NCBI GenBank assembly: GCA_040754455.1 | Contig: JBFMCP010000002.1 | Coordinates: 175,639-239,638, forward strand | DNA length: 64,000 bases | Direction: 5' to 3' | Source: Nitrospirota bacterium | GTDB lineage: Bacteria; Nitrospirota; Thermodesulfovibrionia; Thermodesulfovibrionales; Dissulfurispiraceae | Part shown: piece by piece, positions 29,458-40,830 of the stretch | Numbering within the stretch: the stretch's first letter is position 1 | Layout: every line of letters starts with the position of its first letter | The notes under the pieces: generated by a model | The model's input: only the letters and a program-made list of their open reading frames with translations | Databases searched by the model: none | What the model was told of the DNA's origin: nothing | Made by a program: the position numbers and the translations under genes

Positions 29458-30365
29458 AAGGCAAAGAACGTAAGGTGAGGACCTGCATACGAAATATGAC
29501 GAAAACGGATGTGGAACGGGTGGGGGAGGTTCTCTTTGATGCGTTCAACGCTGGTGCATCGAAACACGGATATGCCCCGAGAATGCAGAGCGTGCAGGAA
29601 GGGACATCCTGGGCCTGGGCTATGCTTCGCCATGGTCCCAGTGAAAGACTGATTGCCGAGGTTGAAGAACGCCCTGTAGGAATATGCTGTCTGCATCCAA
29701 GGGGAGGTCATGGAGGCGTCGGGCCTGTTGCTGTTGCCCCGATGTTTCAGGGATATGGAATCGGACGGGAGTTGATGACCGCTCTACTCAAGAGGGCGGA
29801 GGGGTTACAGAGTGTAAGACTTTTCCAGGAAGCCTTCAATCCCGCTTCTTTTTCTTTGTATTACTCGCTCAATTTCAGGCCGGCAGCAGAGCTGTTGGAT
29901 TTATTTCTGGATGCAGGAGTGCGGGATGGAGTGGATCTGTGCAGCAATATCAGTGCCTTAACCTTGAATGATCTTGATGAGGTGCATGCATATGATACTC
30001 CAAGAAGCACCTTGGACCGCCGGGCGGACTTTGCATATTATGTCAAGTGGGGCAAGGTTTTTGTTTATCGCCGTCAATCGCGGGTTCGCGGGTTTCTGGC
30101 ATGTCTTCCCGGCTCACGGTCGGTGCAGCTTGGCCCCCTCGTCGCCGAAGGAGAAGAGGAGGCTCAGTGCCTGTTCCGCCACGCAGTCGGTGCCTTCAAT
30201 GAACGACCATGCCAAACGCGTGTTATGGCCAGAGATTATTCACTTGTCAGGACTCTTCAGGAATGGGGCTTTAAGCTCTATTGCCTGAACGTTCTCATGG
30301 TGAGAGGTGCATGGAGGCCCGGCCGATATATCGAAGCATTTGGCAGGTTCCCCGAAGGGACGTAA
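29454..30365 (+). CDS. Tandem GNAT-family acyltransferase
   Basis: VGPVAVAPMFQGYGIGRELM CoA-binding motif; second degenerate GNAT half (QLGPLVAE); ATGA overlap with upstream gene. Confidence 0.75.
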   Translation: MKGKERKVRTCIRNMTKTDVERVGEVLFDAFNAGASKHGYAPRMQSVQEGTSWAWAMLRHGPSERLIAEVEERPVGICCLHPRGGHGGVGPVAVAPMFQGYGIGRELMTALLKRAEGLQSVRLFQEAFNPASFSLYYSLNFRPAAELLDLFLDAGVRDGVDLCSNISALTLNDLDEVHAYDTPRSTLDRRADFAYYVKWGKVFVYRRQSRVRGFLACLPGSRSVQLGPLVAEGEEEAQCLFRHAVGAFNERPCQTRVMARDYSLVRTLQEWGFKLYCLNVLMVRGAWRPGRYIEAFGRFPEGT

Positions 30366-30427
30366 GCTGCAAAAAAACTCACCGCTGAAAACCTATATTA
30401 ATGATATCAACATGAGGAGGCGTTGCA

Positions 30428-30679
30428 ATGACGATTCTGAAAAACATTGAGAGATTTCTGCTTTCCGAAATCGCCCCTGATCTTGACAAGCAGTCCCTGG
30501 ATCCTGATGAAGATATTCTCGAGCAGCGGATTATCGACTCCCTCGGGGTGCTGAAGCTGGTAGTTTTTCTGGAGAAGGCTCACGGCATACAGGTGCGTGA
30601 TGAAGATATAGTCCCTGAGAACTTTCAAAGCCTCAACAGTATGGCCAACTTTGTCCAACAGAGGATGCAGAACGCGTAG
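30428..30679 (+). CDS. Stand-alone acyl/peptidyl carrier protein (PltL/AnaD/DltC-like)
   Basis: 83 aa acidic protein; IIDSLGVLKLVVFLE phosphopantetheine Ser motif; IVPENFQS; strong GAGGAGG RBS. Confidence 0.9.
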   Translation: MTILKNIERFLLSEIAPDLDKQSLDPDEDILEQRIIDSLGVLKLVVFLEKAHGIQVRDEDIVPENFQSLNSMANFVQQRMQNA

Positions 30680-30834
30680 TTTGCGTTTTCGGTATAAGCC
30701 GGTGCTCAATGGGAGAGAAAACCAGGAGCGGTAATCCTTTTCCCCAGCCGGGAATACTCTCAAAATCCAGGGCCGTATCAAGATAATATTGTCGATAATT
30801 CCTCTGCTGTAAGAAAGCAGAAGGAGGTAATACT

Positions 30835-31980
30835 GTGAATTTCGAATTCAGTGAAGAGCAATTGGAGTTCAAAAAAAGCGCAATCCTTTTCGCCCGGAAG
30901 ACGCTTAATCACGATATTATCGAAAGGGATAGAGGTGCCGTTTTCTCCCGTGAGCTCTGGAAAAAGTGCGCGAATTTCGGCATACAGGGCTCCGCTTTTC
31001 CTGAACGATACGGTGGGCTCGACGCCGATATATTCAGCACGATGCTCATGATGGAGGGCTTGGGATACGGGTGCAAAGACAGTGGCTTGATTTTCGCCAT
31101 CAACGGACAGATGTGGACGGTGCAGATGCCCATCCTGAGGTTCGGCACTGATGCACAAAAAGATAAGTATCTGCCCGGCCTTTGCAGTGGCGAGCTGATC
31201 GGGGCCAACGGTGTGACCGAGCCGGACTCAGGGTCGGATGTTTTCAGTCTTACCACTTCAGCGAGGCGGGAGGGCGACTACTATATTTTGAACGGCGTCA
31301 AAACATTTTGCACCATAGCGCCTGCGGCTGACGTGTTTATGGTATTTGCTACCGTTGATAAGCGCAAGGGCTTTATGGGGGTCACTGCGTTTATCGTCGA
31401 AAGGGACTTTCCGGGCTTCAGAGTCGGAAGGGATATCGAGAAAATGGGGTTGAGGACCGCTCCCATGGCTGAGCTGATCCTTGAGGATTGCAAAGTGCCG
31501 GCAGAGAACCGTCTCGGCAAGGAGGGGAATGGAGCGGCGATCTTTGAGGACACCGCGGAGTGGGAAAGGAGTTGTATTTTGGCCGGGCTGCTCGGCGCGA
31601 TGGAGAGACAGCTGGAACAATGCATTAAATATTCCAGAGAGCGGAAACAATTCGGCAAAGCGATCGGGAAGTATCAGTCCATTGCCAATAAGATTGTTGA
31701 TATGAAAGTGCGCTTGGATACGTCCAGGCTCCTTCTGTACAAAGTCGCCTGGGCGAAACAGGCCCACGGTAAAGCCGCCATGGATGCCGCTCTCGCAAAA
31801 TTATACATAAGCGAGTCCTGGGTGCGTTCCTGTCTCGATGCCGTCCAGATCCACGGAGGGTACGGCTATACGACGGAATACGAAGTGGAGCGCGATTTGC
31901 GTGATTCCGTCGGAAGTACACTCTATTCCGGGACCTCGGAGATTCAACGGAATATCATAGCCCGCTATCTGGGGCTTTGA
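30835..31980 (+). CDS. Acyl-CoA dehydrogenase family, resembling L-prolyl-[PCP] dehydrogenase (PltE/RedW/AnaB-like)
   Basis: [61 protein letters not shown]-terminus [16 protein letters not shown] and [12 protein letters not shown] resemble the prolyl-PCP subfamily. Confidence 0.8.
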   Translation: MNFEFSEEQLEFKKSAILFARKTLNHDIIERDRGAVFSRELWKKCANFGIQGSAFPERYGGLDADIFSTMLMMEGLGYGCKDSGLIFAINGQMWTVQMPILRFGTDAQKDKYLPGLCSGELIGANGVTEPDSGSDVFSLTTSARREGDYYILNGVKTFCTIAPAADVFMVFATVDKRKGFMGVTAFIVERDFPGFRVGRDIEKMGLRTAPMAELILEDCKVPAENRLGKEGNGAAIFEDTAEWERSCILAGLLGAMERQLEQCIKYSRERKQFGKAIGKYQSIANKIVDMKVRLDTSRLLLYKVAWAKQAHGKAAMDAALAKLYISESWVRSCLDAVQIHGGYGYTTEYEVERDLRDSVGSTLYSGTSEIQRNIIARYLGL

Positions 31981-32005
31981 TGCCTTCAGACCAACAGAGA
32001 GAAAA

Positions 32006-35000
32006 ATGAAATCCAAAGATACCTCATTACGGATTCAAAAAGCTCTCATCATTGCGCTTGCCGTTCTGTCAGCAATTATTGTGGCGGTGACCTCTGTCAG
32101 TGCGCAGGCCCCCGAACCGGTGGTTGCCATACATGTCTCCGAGCTGACACAGGCCTTGGAGACGATGCCAGCCGAGGCGCCTACCCCGACAGGATCGGGA
32201 GCTACTGGCTATGAGTGGTGGTATACTTCATGGCACTATTTTGTAATGCCTGAGTCATTGAAAGAAGTGCTGCGCTCGGACGGCACGCCGTTTGTTGAGG
32301 TGAGTGATGCCGATATTGCGGCCGGCCGTCTCCTTTATCCTGATGGAACTCCGAGATACCCTATTCTGATCAGCTTAGCCTCTGAGTCGATCGCCGATAA
32401 TGAAATCATACCGCTGCGCGACTACGTCGCTGCCGGCGGATTCCTGTTTATCGGCTCATCAGCGTTTACGCGCAACCCTGACGGCACAACACGGGGAGAT
32501 TTTGCCTTGGCCGATGAGATGGGGATGCATATGGTGTATCCTGCCCTTCAGAACTGGTATAAAAACCTCTACTTCTCCAAAGTTGCTGATCACCGTTTGG
32601 CGGCCGGTATCCCGGCTGGCACCATCGCCTGGCGCATGCCGCTCAGTTCACAGGAGATCCCTTTGGAGACATCGCCGGGGCACTCCGTTCATGGATACCA
32701 CTATGTGTTTCAGGTGTATGCCACCAGCGGCACTACCGTGATTGCCAATGGCGATGCAGGACCGCTGCTCGCAACCAGACAATACGGCAACGGGAATTTT
32801 ATCTACTATGGAGCTCTGCAGCCGCTTATCGGACACACTGTGTATGATCCGTCCATGTACGCATATCTTATTTACCGTCATGCAATCGAATGGGCTTTCG
32901 AGGCCGCCGACCTCCCTCTCATTAAGCTCAGTCCATGGCGCTACGAATACGATGCGGCTTTTATCGTCAGACATGATTTTGAGAACACTGCAGAGTTGAT
33001 ACGGTCCATCGAATCGAGCGCAGCATTCGAACATTCCGTCGGTGCAAAGGGCGATTATTATTTTTGCACGGGCACGCTCCGCGATGAAATGCCGGACAAA
33101 GACACCGTCATTGCCAGCCTGCGGAGAGCAGTCGCCGACTACGGGGCGACGATCGGATCACACAACGGCGGGCTGAAGAATCCGGTAAACACCTCTCTTG
33201 CTATCGGTGCCTTCGATTACTGGCATTGGGGACCTGACGAGGTCCTGAGCAAAGTTCCCCCGGGGTATTCCAGCGGTAAAGCATATGCCCAAGAGTCTCT
33301 TTCTTCGGCCTTCCAGGATATAGAAGGCTGGCTTGCCGGGATAGACAACGGCCGGACGGGGTGCGGTTCGGCGGGGAGCTGCCCACGGATCTGGGCTTCG
33401 CCTTATTTTAACTCGACGCGGGAAGATTCTTACGGCATCCTGCAAGATCTGAATGCCGCGAGCATGGGTGAACAGAAAATCGGCCCCTTTCCACACTGGA
33501 CTCTCTCGTACAATACACCTGACAAGCGGTTCTCTCATGTTTCGATACCAGCGAGCGACTGGTATGTCGGCGCTGAAGTCCCCGGCGCCCTTGAATGGGG
33601 CCATACTGCGGATTCGATGCGGGCGGCCGTCGATTTCTATTACAGCCTTGGCGCCATGATCAACCTGTACGGGCATATGCCCTCAAACGACACTAACCTG
33701 ATGGGGCAGTACGTAAAGTATTGCATCGCCAAACCCCGAATATGGGCAACCAATGCAGTGGAACTATCCGATTGGTGGCGCGTGCGATCCGCTACTGTTA
33801 TTACACCGACATATAGCATGATAGACAATACCTCCATCGCAGAGGCCACGATTAGAGGGGCCACCGACGAGGGCACTACTATTGAAGTGGCTCTGCCTGC
33901 CGGAATCGATCAAATTGATAGTAATCTCCAGGTCTTCATTAACGATGTGCCGGCTGACCCCGCTGATTACCGTATCATTGGGAACACGATAAAGGTTCGA
34001 ATCGGCCCTTCGACTTCCAATGTGAAAGTGCAGTACACGATCAGTGATTCTCCTGTCGGAACCTGGACACAAACCGATTGGATGGGCGGCGGCGGGCAGT
34101 CTGTCTGGAATGATGCAACGCGCTATGGTTCAGCCAGCGGCATTGATGACAGGCTCAGTGGAAACATCAGTCTTGCCGCCAGTAGCACCGTACTGTTTTC
34201 TGATGACTTCACCCGTCTGCCGGACAGCCCTGACCCACTCTCTCCATGGGTTGTTCCGATGGGAACGTGGTCAGTAGCAGAGGGAGTGATGAAAGGATCG
34301 GGTACTCGCCTGCAGTATTCCTATGCCTATATCTCCCCAACGCCTCAATGGACCGATTATACGGTGCAGGGGAGCATCCAGATGCCGGCCGGATCGTTCG
34401 GAGGCGGCATCGGCGGGCGTGTAGATCCTGTCACCGGCGCCCACTATGGCGCATGGGTCTATCCGGCAGGATCGCCGGGTGGGTCGAATGTGTTGAAGCT
34501 GTGGAAATTCCGGGGTTGGACAGACATTGGCGCCGGTGTGCCGATGCAGCAGGTCAGCCTGCCTGATGTCGGCACAGGTTGGCACACGCTCCAGCTGACG
34601 TTCATAGAGAATCGTATCCTCGTTTATTACGACGGCGTCCTGAAGATTGACGTGATGGATAATAATTATGACTCCCGTGCTCCGTATTTGAGTGGTGGTA
34701 TAAGTATGGATTGGGAGGCCTACAAAGCACCGTATACTATAACCGTCGATAACATATCAGTCGTCACCCTGCCGGAGTATGGCAGCAGCGGCGTAGTTGT
34801 ATCTTCGGCTTTTGATGGCGGCGACGGAGTGCAGTGGCAGACCGTATCGTGGGATGCAGCTACAGGGGACAGCACAAATGTTTGCATCAGAACCCGTACC
34901 GCTGATGTGGCCGACCAGCTTGCCGCTGCATCCTGGTCGGATTGCTACAGCACCAGCGGATCGGTGATAATGAGCGGGAACAAACGCTGGATCCAGTACC

Positions 35001-36151
35001 AGATGGAATTGACCACCAGCGATCCGTCAAGCTCGCCTGTTTTCGATGAAATCAGGATATCCTACCTGAAAGGGCCGGTTATCAACAGCTTGGCGCCAGC
35101 ATCAGTTACTGCCGGGAGTTCAGCGTTCACACTTTTCGTCAATGGCAGCGGATTCGCCACTGATTCTATAGTACGCTGGAATGGCTCGGATCGTCCCACA
35201 ACGTATGTCAATGCCACTCAGTTAGCAGTGTCGATACCGGCAACGGATATAGCGGCGGCTGGAACAGTCCAGGTGACGGTGGTCAATCCTTCCTTCGGAG
35301 GGATCATCTCCAATGCCCAAATCTTCACGATCAATAATCCCGTGCCGGCGATTTCGAGCCTGAATCCATCATCCAGGGCAGCCGGAGGCTCAACCTTCAC
35401 ACTTACCGTCAATGGTACCGGCTTCATCAGTGATTCCGTAGTCCAATGGAATGGAGTAGATCGTCCGACCACATTTGTTTCTGCAACACGGCTGACCGCT
35501 GCGATTCCTGCTTCGGACATAGCGACAGCAGGGATGGCCCAGGTGATGGTGGTCAATCCCGCACCGGGGGGCGGCACCTCTCAACCGCAAACCTTCACGA
35601 TCAATAATCCGGTGCCGGCGATTTCGAGCCTGAGCCCTGCGACGGTCTATTCCGGAGGACCGAATTTCACGCTGACTATAAGTGGCAGTGGCTTTGTCCC
35701 CAGCTCGGTGGTCCAATGGAATGGATCTGCTCGTACGACGACGTATATTGCTTCGACCAAGTTGACCGCTGCGATTCCTGCTTCGGACAGAGCGACAGCA
35801 GGGATGGCCCAGGTGATGGTGGTCAATCCCGCACCGGGGGGCGGCACCTCTCAACCGCAAACCTTCACGATCAATGATCCTCCGGTACCGGTAATTACGA
35901 GCCTGAGTCCGTCATCCGCGACAGCCGGAGGGTCGGCCTTCACACTGACCGTCTACGGCAGCGGCTTCGACATCGACTCGGTGGTCCAATGGAATGGAAC
36001 GAGCCGTACGACGACGTATCTTTCATCAACCAAGCTGAGAGCTACAATTACGGCAGCCGACAGAGCGTCGGCAGGAACTGCCCAGGTGACCGTGTTTACG
36101 CCTGCCCCTGGTGGCGGCATCTCCAATCCACTGATCTTTGTAACGTACTGA
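32006..36151 (+). CDS. Large secreted protein: putative deacetylase/hydrolase-like N-terminal region, LamG/ConA-like domain, four IPT/TIG repeats
   Basis: Signal peptide; FIVRHDFE / IGSHNGG / NLYGH NodB-like motifs; [28 protein letters not shown]; four PVISSLxP..FTLTVNGxGF..SVVQWNG repeats. Confidence 0.7.
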   Translation: MKSKDTSLRIQKALIIALAVLSAIIVAVTSVSAQAPEPVVAIHVSELTQALETMPAEAPTPTGSGATGYEWWYTSWHYFVMPESLKEVLRSDGTPFVEVSDADIAAGRLLYPDGTPRYPILISLASESIADNEIIPLRDYVAAGGFLFIGSSAFTRNPDGTTRGDFALADEMGMHMVYPALQNWYKNLYFSKVADHRLAAGIPAGTIAWRMPLSSQEIPLETSPGHSVHGYHYVFQVYATSGTTVIANGDAGPLLATRQYGNGNFIYYGALQPLIGHTVYDPSMYAYLIYRHAIEWAFEAADLPLIKLSPWRYEYDAAFIVRHDFENTAELIRSIESSAAFEHSVGAKGDYYFCTGTLRDEMPDKDTVIASLRRAVADYGATIGSHNGGLKNPVNTSLAIGAFDYWHWGPDEVLSKVPPGYSSGKAYAQESLSSAFQDIEGWLAGIDNGRTGCGSAGSCPRIWASPYFNSTREDSYGILQDLNAASMGEQKIGPFPHWTLSYNTPDKRFSHVSIPASDWYVGAEVPGALEWGHTADSMRAAVDFYYSLGAMINLYGHMPSNDTNLMGQYVKYCIAKPRIWATNAVELSDWWRVRSATVITPTYSMIDNTSIAEATIRGATDEGTTIEVALPAGIDQIDSNLQVFINDVPADPADYRIIGNTIKVRIGPSTSNVKVQYTISDSPVGTWTQTDWMGGGGQSVWNDATRYGSASGIDDRLSGNISLAASSTVLFSDDFTRLPDSPDPLSPWVVPMGTWSVAEGVMKGSGTRLQYSYAYISPTPQWTDYTVQGSIQMPAGSFGGGIGGRVDPVTGAHYGAWVYPAGSPGGSNVLKLWKFRGWTDIGAGVPMQQVSLPDVGTGWHTLQLTFIENRILVYYDGVLKIDVMDNNYDSRAPYLSGGISMDWEAYKAPYTITVDNISVVTLPEYGSSGVVVSSAFDGGDGVQWQTVSWDAATGDSTNVCIRTRTADVADQLAAASWSDCYSTSGSVIMSGNKRWIQYQMELTTSDPSSSPVFDEIRISYLKGPVINSLAPASVTAGSSAFTLFVNGSGFATDSIVRWNGSDRPTTYVNATQLAVSIPATDIAAAGTVQVTVVNPSFGGIISNAQIFTINNPVPAISSLNPSSRAAGGSTFTLTVNGTGFISDSVVQWNGVDRPTTFVSATRLTAAIPASDIATAGMAQVMVVNPAPGGGTSQPQTFTINNPVPAISSLSPATVYSGGPNFTLTISGSGFVPSSVVQWNGSARTTTYIASTKLTAAIPASDRATAGMAQVMVVNPAPGGGTSQPQTFTINDPPVPVITSLSPSSATAGGSAFTLTVYGSGFDIDSVVQWNGTSRTTTYLSSTKLRATITAADRASAGTAQVTVFTPAPGGGISNPLIFVTY
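35493..35875. repeat. Near-identical blocks within IPT/TIG repeats, 270-bp period
   Basis: 35493-35605 vs 35763-35875: 113 bp with one mismatch. Confidence 0.85.
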
Positions 36152-36209
36152 TCCGTCCACTCCGGTTACATCAACATATATCTAATCTGTTCAGCAACGG
36201 AGGTTGAGA

Positions 36210-37799
36210 ATGGCCTACTTACTCCATCACTTGTTATCCGAAAGTGCAGCGAAATACCCGGACAAAGAGGCAATCGTCTGGAAAGACGAGAAAATGACCT
36301 ATGCCGAATTGGAGCGGGAGAGCAACAAATTGGCGTATAGCCTTTCGGAAATCGGGATAAAAAGAGGAGACCGGGTCGGCATTTACATGGAGCGGTCTAT
36401 AACTTTAATGGTAGGGATTTTCGGGATCATGAAGACAGGAGCGATGTATGTTCCCATAGATCCCCTCTGTCCACCGGGCCGCCTCAGCTACATTGTGAAC
36501 AAATGCGAAATAAAATTCTTACTCGTTTTAAAAGAAAAGCTGACAACTATAACGCAAGCGCTTCCTGCATACTCTCCCTTGAAAACCATTCTGGTTATGA
36601 ATGGCCTGGATTCTGAGTCCGGACCGTTCGGATCTGCGAAATTGATCGATTGGCAAGAGATTCGCGGGGCCGCAAGAGAAGAAGCTCCATGCACGAATAC
36701 GATCGATTCGGATGTTGCGTATATCCTGTTTACTTCCGGCTCGACAGGTACTCCCAAGGGAGTTATGCTGTCGCACCTGAACGCTTTGACGTTTATAAAT
36801 TCGGCACACGACTTTTTCCGTATAACAATGCATGATCGGTTCTCCAACGTCTGTCCCCTGCACTTCGATATGTCCGTCTTCGACCTTTTCGTTGCATTCA
36901 AGGCAGGAGCTACTGTGGTCATCATCCCCGAGACCGCCGCCATGTTCCCGGTAAAATTGGTCGAAGTCATTGCGAAGAACAAGATATCGGTATGGAATTC
37001 GGTGCCCTCGGTACTTGCGCTTCTGGCTTCATATAAGAATTTGGAGAGCCACGATCTGTCAAGCCTGCGCCTGGTTCTTTTCGCTGGCGAGCTGTTTCCC
37101 CTGAAATATCTGCAGCGGCTCCGGGAGGCAGTTCCGGGAGCACGGTTTTGCAACATGTACGGGCAGACCGAAGCCAATTCTTCGACGTATTATTGGGTTG
37201 ACCAACTTCCCGCAGATGCGACGGCACCGCTTCCCATCGGCAGGCCGCTGCCGAACTTCGAAGTGTTCGCCATGGACGCTGGCGGCAGACAGGTTACCGA
37301 ACCCGGACAGGAAGGCGAGCTCTATGTGAGGGCGTCCACTGTTGCGCTCGGATATTGGGGTGAAGTTGAGAAAACAAAAAAGTCTTTTGTGAAAAACCCA
37401 CTGAGACCCGACCTGAATGAAAGGGTCTACAAGACCGGTGATTTGGTTCGCTTGGACGCCGATCGGAATTATGTATTCCTGGGCCGGAAGGACCACATGA
37501 TAAAGAGCCGGGGGTACAGGATCGAGATCGGAGAGATAGAAACGGTTTTGTGCAACCACCCGGAAATCCGGAACGCCGTCGTTATCCCCATTCCGGACGA
37601 GCTCATAGGGAACAGGATTTCGGTGATCGTCGTTCCAATGACACCGGGCGGAATCACGAGGGACGACGTTGTGAAATATTGCAGTGCACAACTTCCGAAA
37701 TACATGGTCCCTGAGATTGTTACGTTCCGTGATGCCCTGCCCGCAACTTCATCGGGAAAGGTCGATAGAAAAAAAATGAGTGCACCTGTAGTTGCCTAG
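36210..37799 (+). CDS. Stand-alone amino acid adenylation enzyme (PltF/AnaC/DltA-like)
   Basis: MTYAEL (A1), YILFTSGSTGTPKG (A3), HFDMS (A4), NMYGQTE (A5), YKTGD (A7), GRKDHMIKSRGYRIEIGEIE (A8), SGKVDR (A10). Confidence 0.92.
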   Translation: MAYLLHHLLSESAAKYPDKEAIVWKDEKMTYAELERESNKLAYSLSEIGIKRGDRVGIYMERSITLMVGIFGIMKTGAMYVPIDPLCPPGRLSYIVNKCEIKFLLVLKEKLTTITQALPAYSPLKTILVMNGLDSESGPFGSAKLIDWQEIRGAAREEAPCTNTIDSDVAYILFTSGSTGTPKGVMLSHLNALTFINSAHDFFRITMHDRFSNVCPLHFDMSVFDLFVAFKAGATVVIIPETAAMFPVKLVEVIAKNKISVWNSVPSVLALLASYKNLESHDLSSLRLVLFAGELFPLKYLQRLREAVPGARFCNMYGQTEANSSTYYWVDQLPADATAPLPIGRPLPNFEVFAMDAGGRQVTEPGQEGELYVRASTVALGYWGEVEKTKKSFVKNPLRPDLNERVYKTGDLVRLDADRNYVFLGRKDHMIKSRGYRIEIGEIETVLCNHPEIRNAVVIPIPDELIGNRISVIVVPMTPGGITRDDVVKYCSAQLPKYMVPEIVTFRDALPATSSGKVDRKKMSAPVVA

Positions 37800-37813
37800 A
37801 AGGGGCTGAGTCC

Positions 37814-38986
37814 ATGCAAAAGCTTATCAAAAACAGTTGGCGTCGCGAATCCGGAAAGCCGTTCGCTCAATCTAATATCCTGAGCCATGAAATTCACCCC
37901 GAAGGGCTGGATGTCGATAGAATCAGATTCTTCGAGGTGGGGGGCTTCGTACCGAAACCGGGTACGGGGCACATCATCAGTGTCCTTCGGGGGCGCGGGA
38001 GGCTTCATGTAGAGGGAGACGACAGACAATCCTTTCAGATAGAGGCGGGTGTCCACCTCTATCTCCCGCCCGGCCTGGAGAGTGTTGTTGACGCGGAACC
38101 GGGGACCGAACTCCTGCACGTATCGAGTGCATCGGCCGCACAGGCGCGCGGCACGCAGCTGCTGCTGCGTGACGAAACGTTTCTTGCGGCCTGTGCATCC
38201 GGATCTCAGTTGCTTCGGTGGATTATTACACCCCAGTACCTGAGTCGCCGGATCTTTCTGCACCACGACCCAACCATCCTTTCGAAGTCAGGGAATCCTG
38301 TTTCGTGGTTTCGGACCACGATGTTCGACGTTGCCGGACTTCCTGAAAACGAGGACGGTGAGCCGGTGTTCAAGATGTCCTACAATTCACGAACTGAGTT
38401 CAATGTCTGCTACGATGTGAAAGGGACTGCCCGCGTGCGTATGGCGCAGCACCCTTACAAAGAGAAGCGGCAGCTCTGGGGTCCGTGGTTCATGCTTGAT
38501 GGCGACTCGACCTATCACTTAAACGAGACGGCCGGGAGTCCTGAAGAAGAGTGCCGCATCGACGAGCTGACCGGGACCACGCAATTCCTTCGCAATAAAC
38601 ACGAGGTGTCGATCGTCGGCGGGTATGTGACGCTCTTTTGTCTGTTTGATCCGGCACCTACCGGCGCAGAATGCCACCGGCCCGGCGAGTACAGCGACTA
38701 CGAGCCCCTGGCACAGGTGCTCGGAACAGAGGCGTACGAAACCCTCCGGCGTGAGTTCGTGAAGTACGATGAAATGGTGGATCGGCTCTCTCTGGCTAAA
38801 GCGACGGGCACACTGAGCACGCTCTACGGAACTCCAAGCTGGGAACTGTACGTACAAGGCCGGGAGGCCCAGGCGGCTATCGAAGCCCGGCTTGAAAGGA
38901 CACTTTCTGTTGAGGGCAACGGCCGCTTGCGAATCCTCGCGCCCTGGATGCAGACCGTCGCTGCTTGCTGCGCGGTAACAGCCTGA
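37814..38986 (+). CDS. Hypothetical protein with cupin-like segment(s)
   Basis: 390 aa co-oriented ORF; GHIISVLRGRGRLHV..IEAGVHLYLPPG resembles a cupin barrel. Confidence 0.55.
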   Translation: MQKLIKNSWRRESGKPFAQSNILSHEIHPEGLDVDRIRFFEVGGFVPKPGTGHIISVLRGRGRLHVEGDDRQSFQIEAGVHLYLPPGLESVVDAEPGTELLHVSSASAAQARGTQLLLRDETFLAACASGSQLLRWIITPQYLSRRIFLHHDPTILSKSGNPVSWFRTTMFDVAGLPENEDGEPVFKMSYNSRTEFNVCYDVKGTARVRMAQHPYKEKRQLWGPWFMLDGDSTYHLNETAGSPEEECRIDELTGTTQFLRNKHEVSIVGGYVTLFCLFDPAPTGAECHRPGEYSDYEPLAQVLGTEAYETLRREFVKYDEMVDRLSLAKATGTLSTLYGTPSWELYVQGREAQAAIEARLERTLSVEGNGRLRILAPWMQTVAACCAVTA

Positions 38987-39042
38987 ATGAAGAGAACCTA
39001 TTTTTTAATCGAAGACGTATTCGGTCTCGAAGATGCACCTAT

Positions 39043-40020
39043 ATGAAAAATATTCTGGTTTCGGGCGCCAGTAGTATCCTCGGGTACGGCATTCTGCGTT
39101 CCCTCAGGAAAGCCGGGAAAAATGTAAGGCTTATTGGGACGACAATATATGCTGATTCGGTGGCCCAATATTTTTGCGATGTTTTCGAGAAGGCGCCACT
39201 GACTAATGATCCCGGCTATATTGACTGGCTCCTTAAAACTATTGCTAAGCATCATGTGGATCTTATCATCCCCGGCATAGAAGTGGATGTGTACAAATGG
39301 GTTGAACACCTTCCCGCTCTGGAAAAAAACGGCGTTAAGGCTCTGTTGAACAATCGGGATTTGATTTTGTTGTGCAAGGATAAATGGTCGTTCCATGAAA
39401 AATTAACCGAGATGAACACACCTTATGTAATCGATACGTCGCTGAAATCTGATTTTGATGCATTGGTGGATAAATTCGGTTTGCCTTTTCTTTTAAAGCC
39501 GCGCCGGGGATTCGGTTCGAAAGGTATTGTCATCATAGATAGTAATGAAACTTTTTCAAAGCATCAGCACGCCATCGGGCCCCTCCTGATGGCGCAGCCT
39601 CTCATTGGAAATGAAGATGAAGAATTCACAACATCGGCCTTTTGCGACGGCCACGGGAGCTATTTCGCAAGTATGACCCTGAAGAGAAGACTCTCGAAAA
39701 GTGGTTTTACTGAAAAAGCGGAAGTCGTCACTATGGATGAAATACAGAGGGCATTAGTGATGCTGTGTGCATATTTTAAACCGATAGGACCTACTAATTT
39801 TCAATTCAGAAAGCATGACGGAGCTCTGAAGCTGTTGGAGATCAATCCGAGGATTTCTTCTTCTACATCGATCAGGACGGCGTTTGGATACAATGAATGC
39901 AACATGGCACTTGAATATTATCTGGAGGGCAAAAAACCAACGCAGCCTCTGATACAAAAGGGAAGGGCGGTCCGTTATATCGAGGATCTCATTTTTTATG
40001 AAAATAGGAATCATCTCTGA
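39043..40020 (+). CDS. ATP-grasp domain protein
   Basis: NILVSGA, LCKDKW, LPFLLKPRRGFGSKG, EEFT, LLEINPRISS. Confidence 0.85.
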   Translation: MKNILVSGASSILGYGILRSLRKAGKNVRLIGTTIYADSVAQYFCDVFEKAPLTNDPGYIDWLLKTIAKHHVDLIIPGIEVDVYKWVEHLPALEKNGVKALLNNRDLILLCKDKWSFHEKLTEMNTPYVIDTSLKSDFDALVDKFGLPFLLKPRRGFGSKGIVIIDSNETFSKHQHAIGPLLMAQPLIGNEDEEFTTSAFCDGHGSYFASMTLKRRLSKSGFTEKAEVVTMDEIQRALVMLCAYFKPIGPTNFQFRKHDGALKLLEINPRISSSTSIRTAFGYNECNMALEYYLEGKKPTQPLIQKGRAVRYIEDLIFYENRNHL

Positions 40021-40666
40021 TATCCACGGTAATTATGAAGCTTTAAAGGCGGTTCTTACAGAGTTGGACAGGTTGGGCATCTCTGAAATCTACTGTCTCG
40101 GCGATGTCGTCGGATACTATTCTCAAGTCAATGAATGTTGTGATGAACTGAGATCACGACGCGTCGTCTGCGTGATGGGGAATCATGACTGGTATATGGC
40201 CGCCGGTAGTTGTTGTCCGAGATCCAAAAGCGTTAATGAATGTCTCGCTTATCAGAGAGAAGTAATAACTGCGGGGAATGTACATTGGTTAAGCAACTTC
40301 CCCGTCCATATCCGGATTGACAATATGCATTTGCTCCATGGAGGCTGGTCGGATCCGATAGACGAGTATGTGCGGCCGACTGAAGAATATTTTTCGCGGT
40401 TGAGCGGAGACATATTTGTATCCGGGCATACCCATGTGCAAACGTTGTGTACATATAATGAAAAGACGTATTGCAATCCGGGTTCCGTAGGGCAGCCGCG
40501 TGACAGTGATCCGAGGGCCGCTTTTGCCGTTTATGACGGAGAGTTTTCACTGCACCGTGTGGACTATGATGTGCAGAAAGTCTTTGAACTCATGCAGAAG
40601 GCAGGATTCAGCGACTATTATTACGGTTGTTTAAAAACAGGAGCTAGAAATCTTTGCAGACTCTGA
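39998..40666 (+). CDS. Metallophosphoesterase (calcineurin-like)
   Basis: ISDIHGN, CLGDVVGY, GNHD, GHTH, NPGSVGQPRD. Confidence 0.9.
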   Translation: MKIGIISDIHGNYEALKAVLTELDRLGISEIYCLGDVVGYYSQVNECCDELRSRRVVCVMGNHDWYMAAGSCCPRSKSVNECLAYQREVITAGNVHWLSNFPVHIRIDNMHLLHGGWSDPIDEYVRPTEEYFSRLSGDIFVSGHTHVQTLCTYNEKTYCNPGSVGQPRDSDPRAAFAVYDGEFSLHRVDYDVQKVFELMQKAGFSDYYYGCLKTGARNLCRL

Positions 40667-40830
40667 GTTAACACGAAACCGCTCATAATCGGGAGGTGCG
40701 GCATCCGGCTGCCGGAAAATAGGTTGTGGCCTTCCTGGTCGCAGGTTCCTCGCGGCCTCGCCGCGGGGGAATTCTCGAAGCGCCCGATCCGAACATTACT
40801 GCTCTCCGTTTCTGACGTCATCAACGTGAA

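Noticed and set aside
30428..37799. dlt teichoic-acid D-alanylation operon
   Set aside because: No DltB MBOAT or DltD seen; pocket residues differ from DltA; the linked flavin dehydrogenase points to the Plt/Ana-like logic
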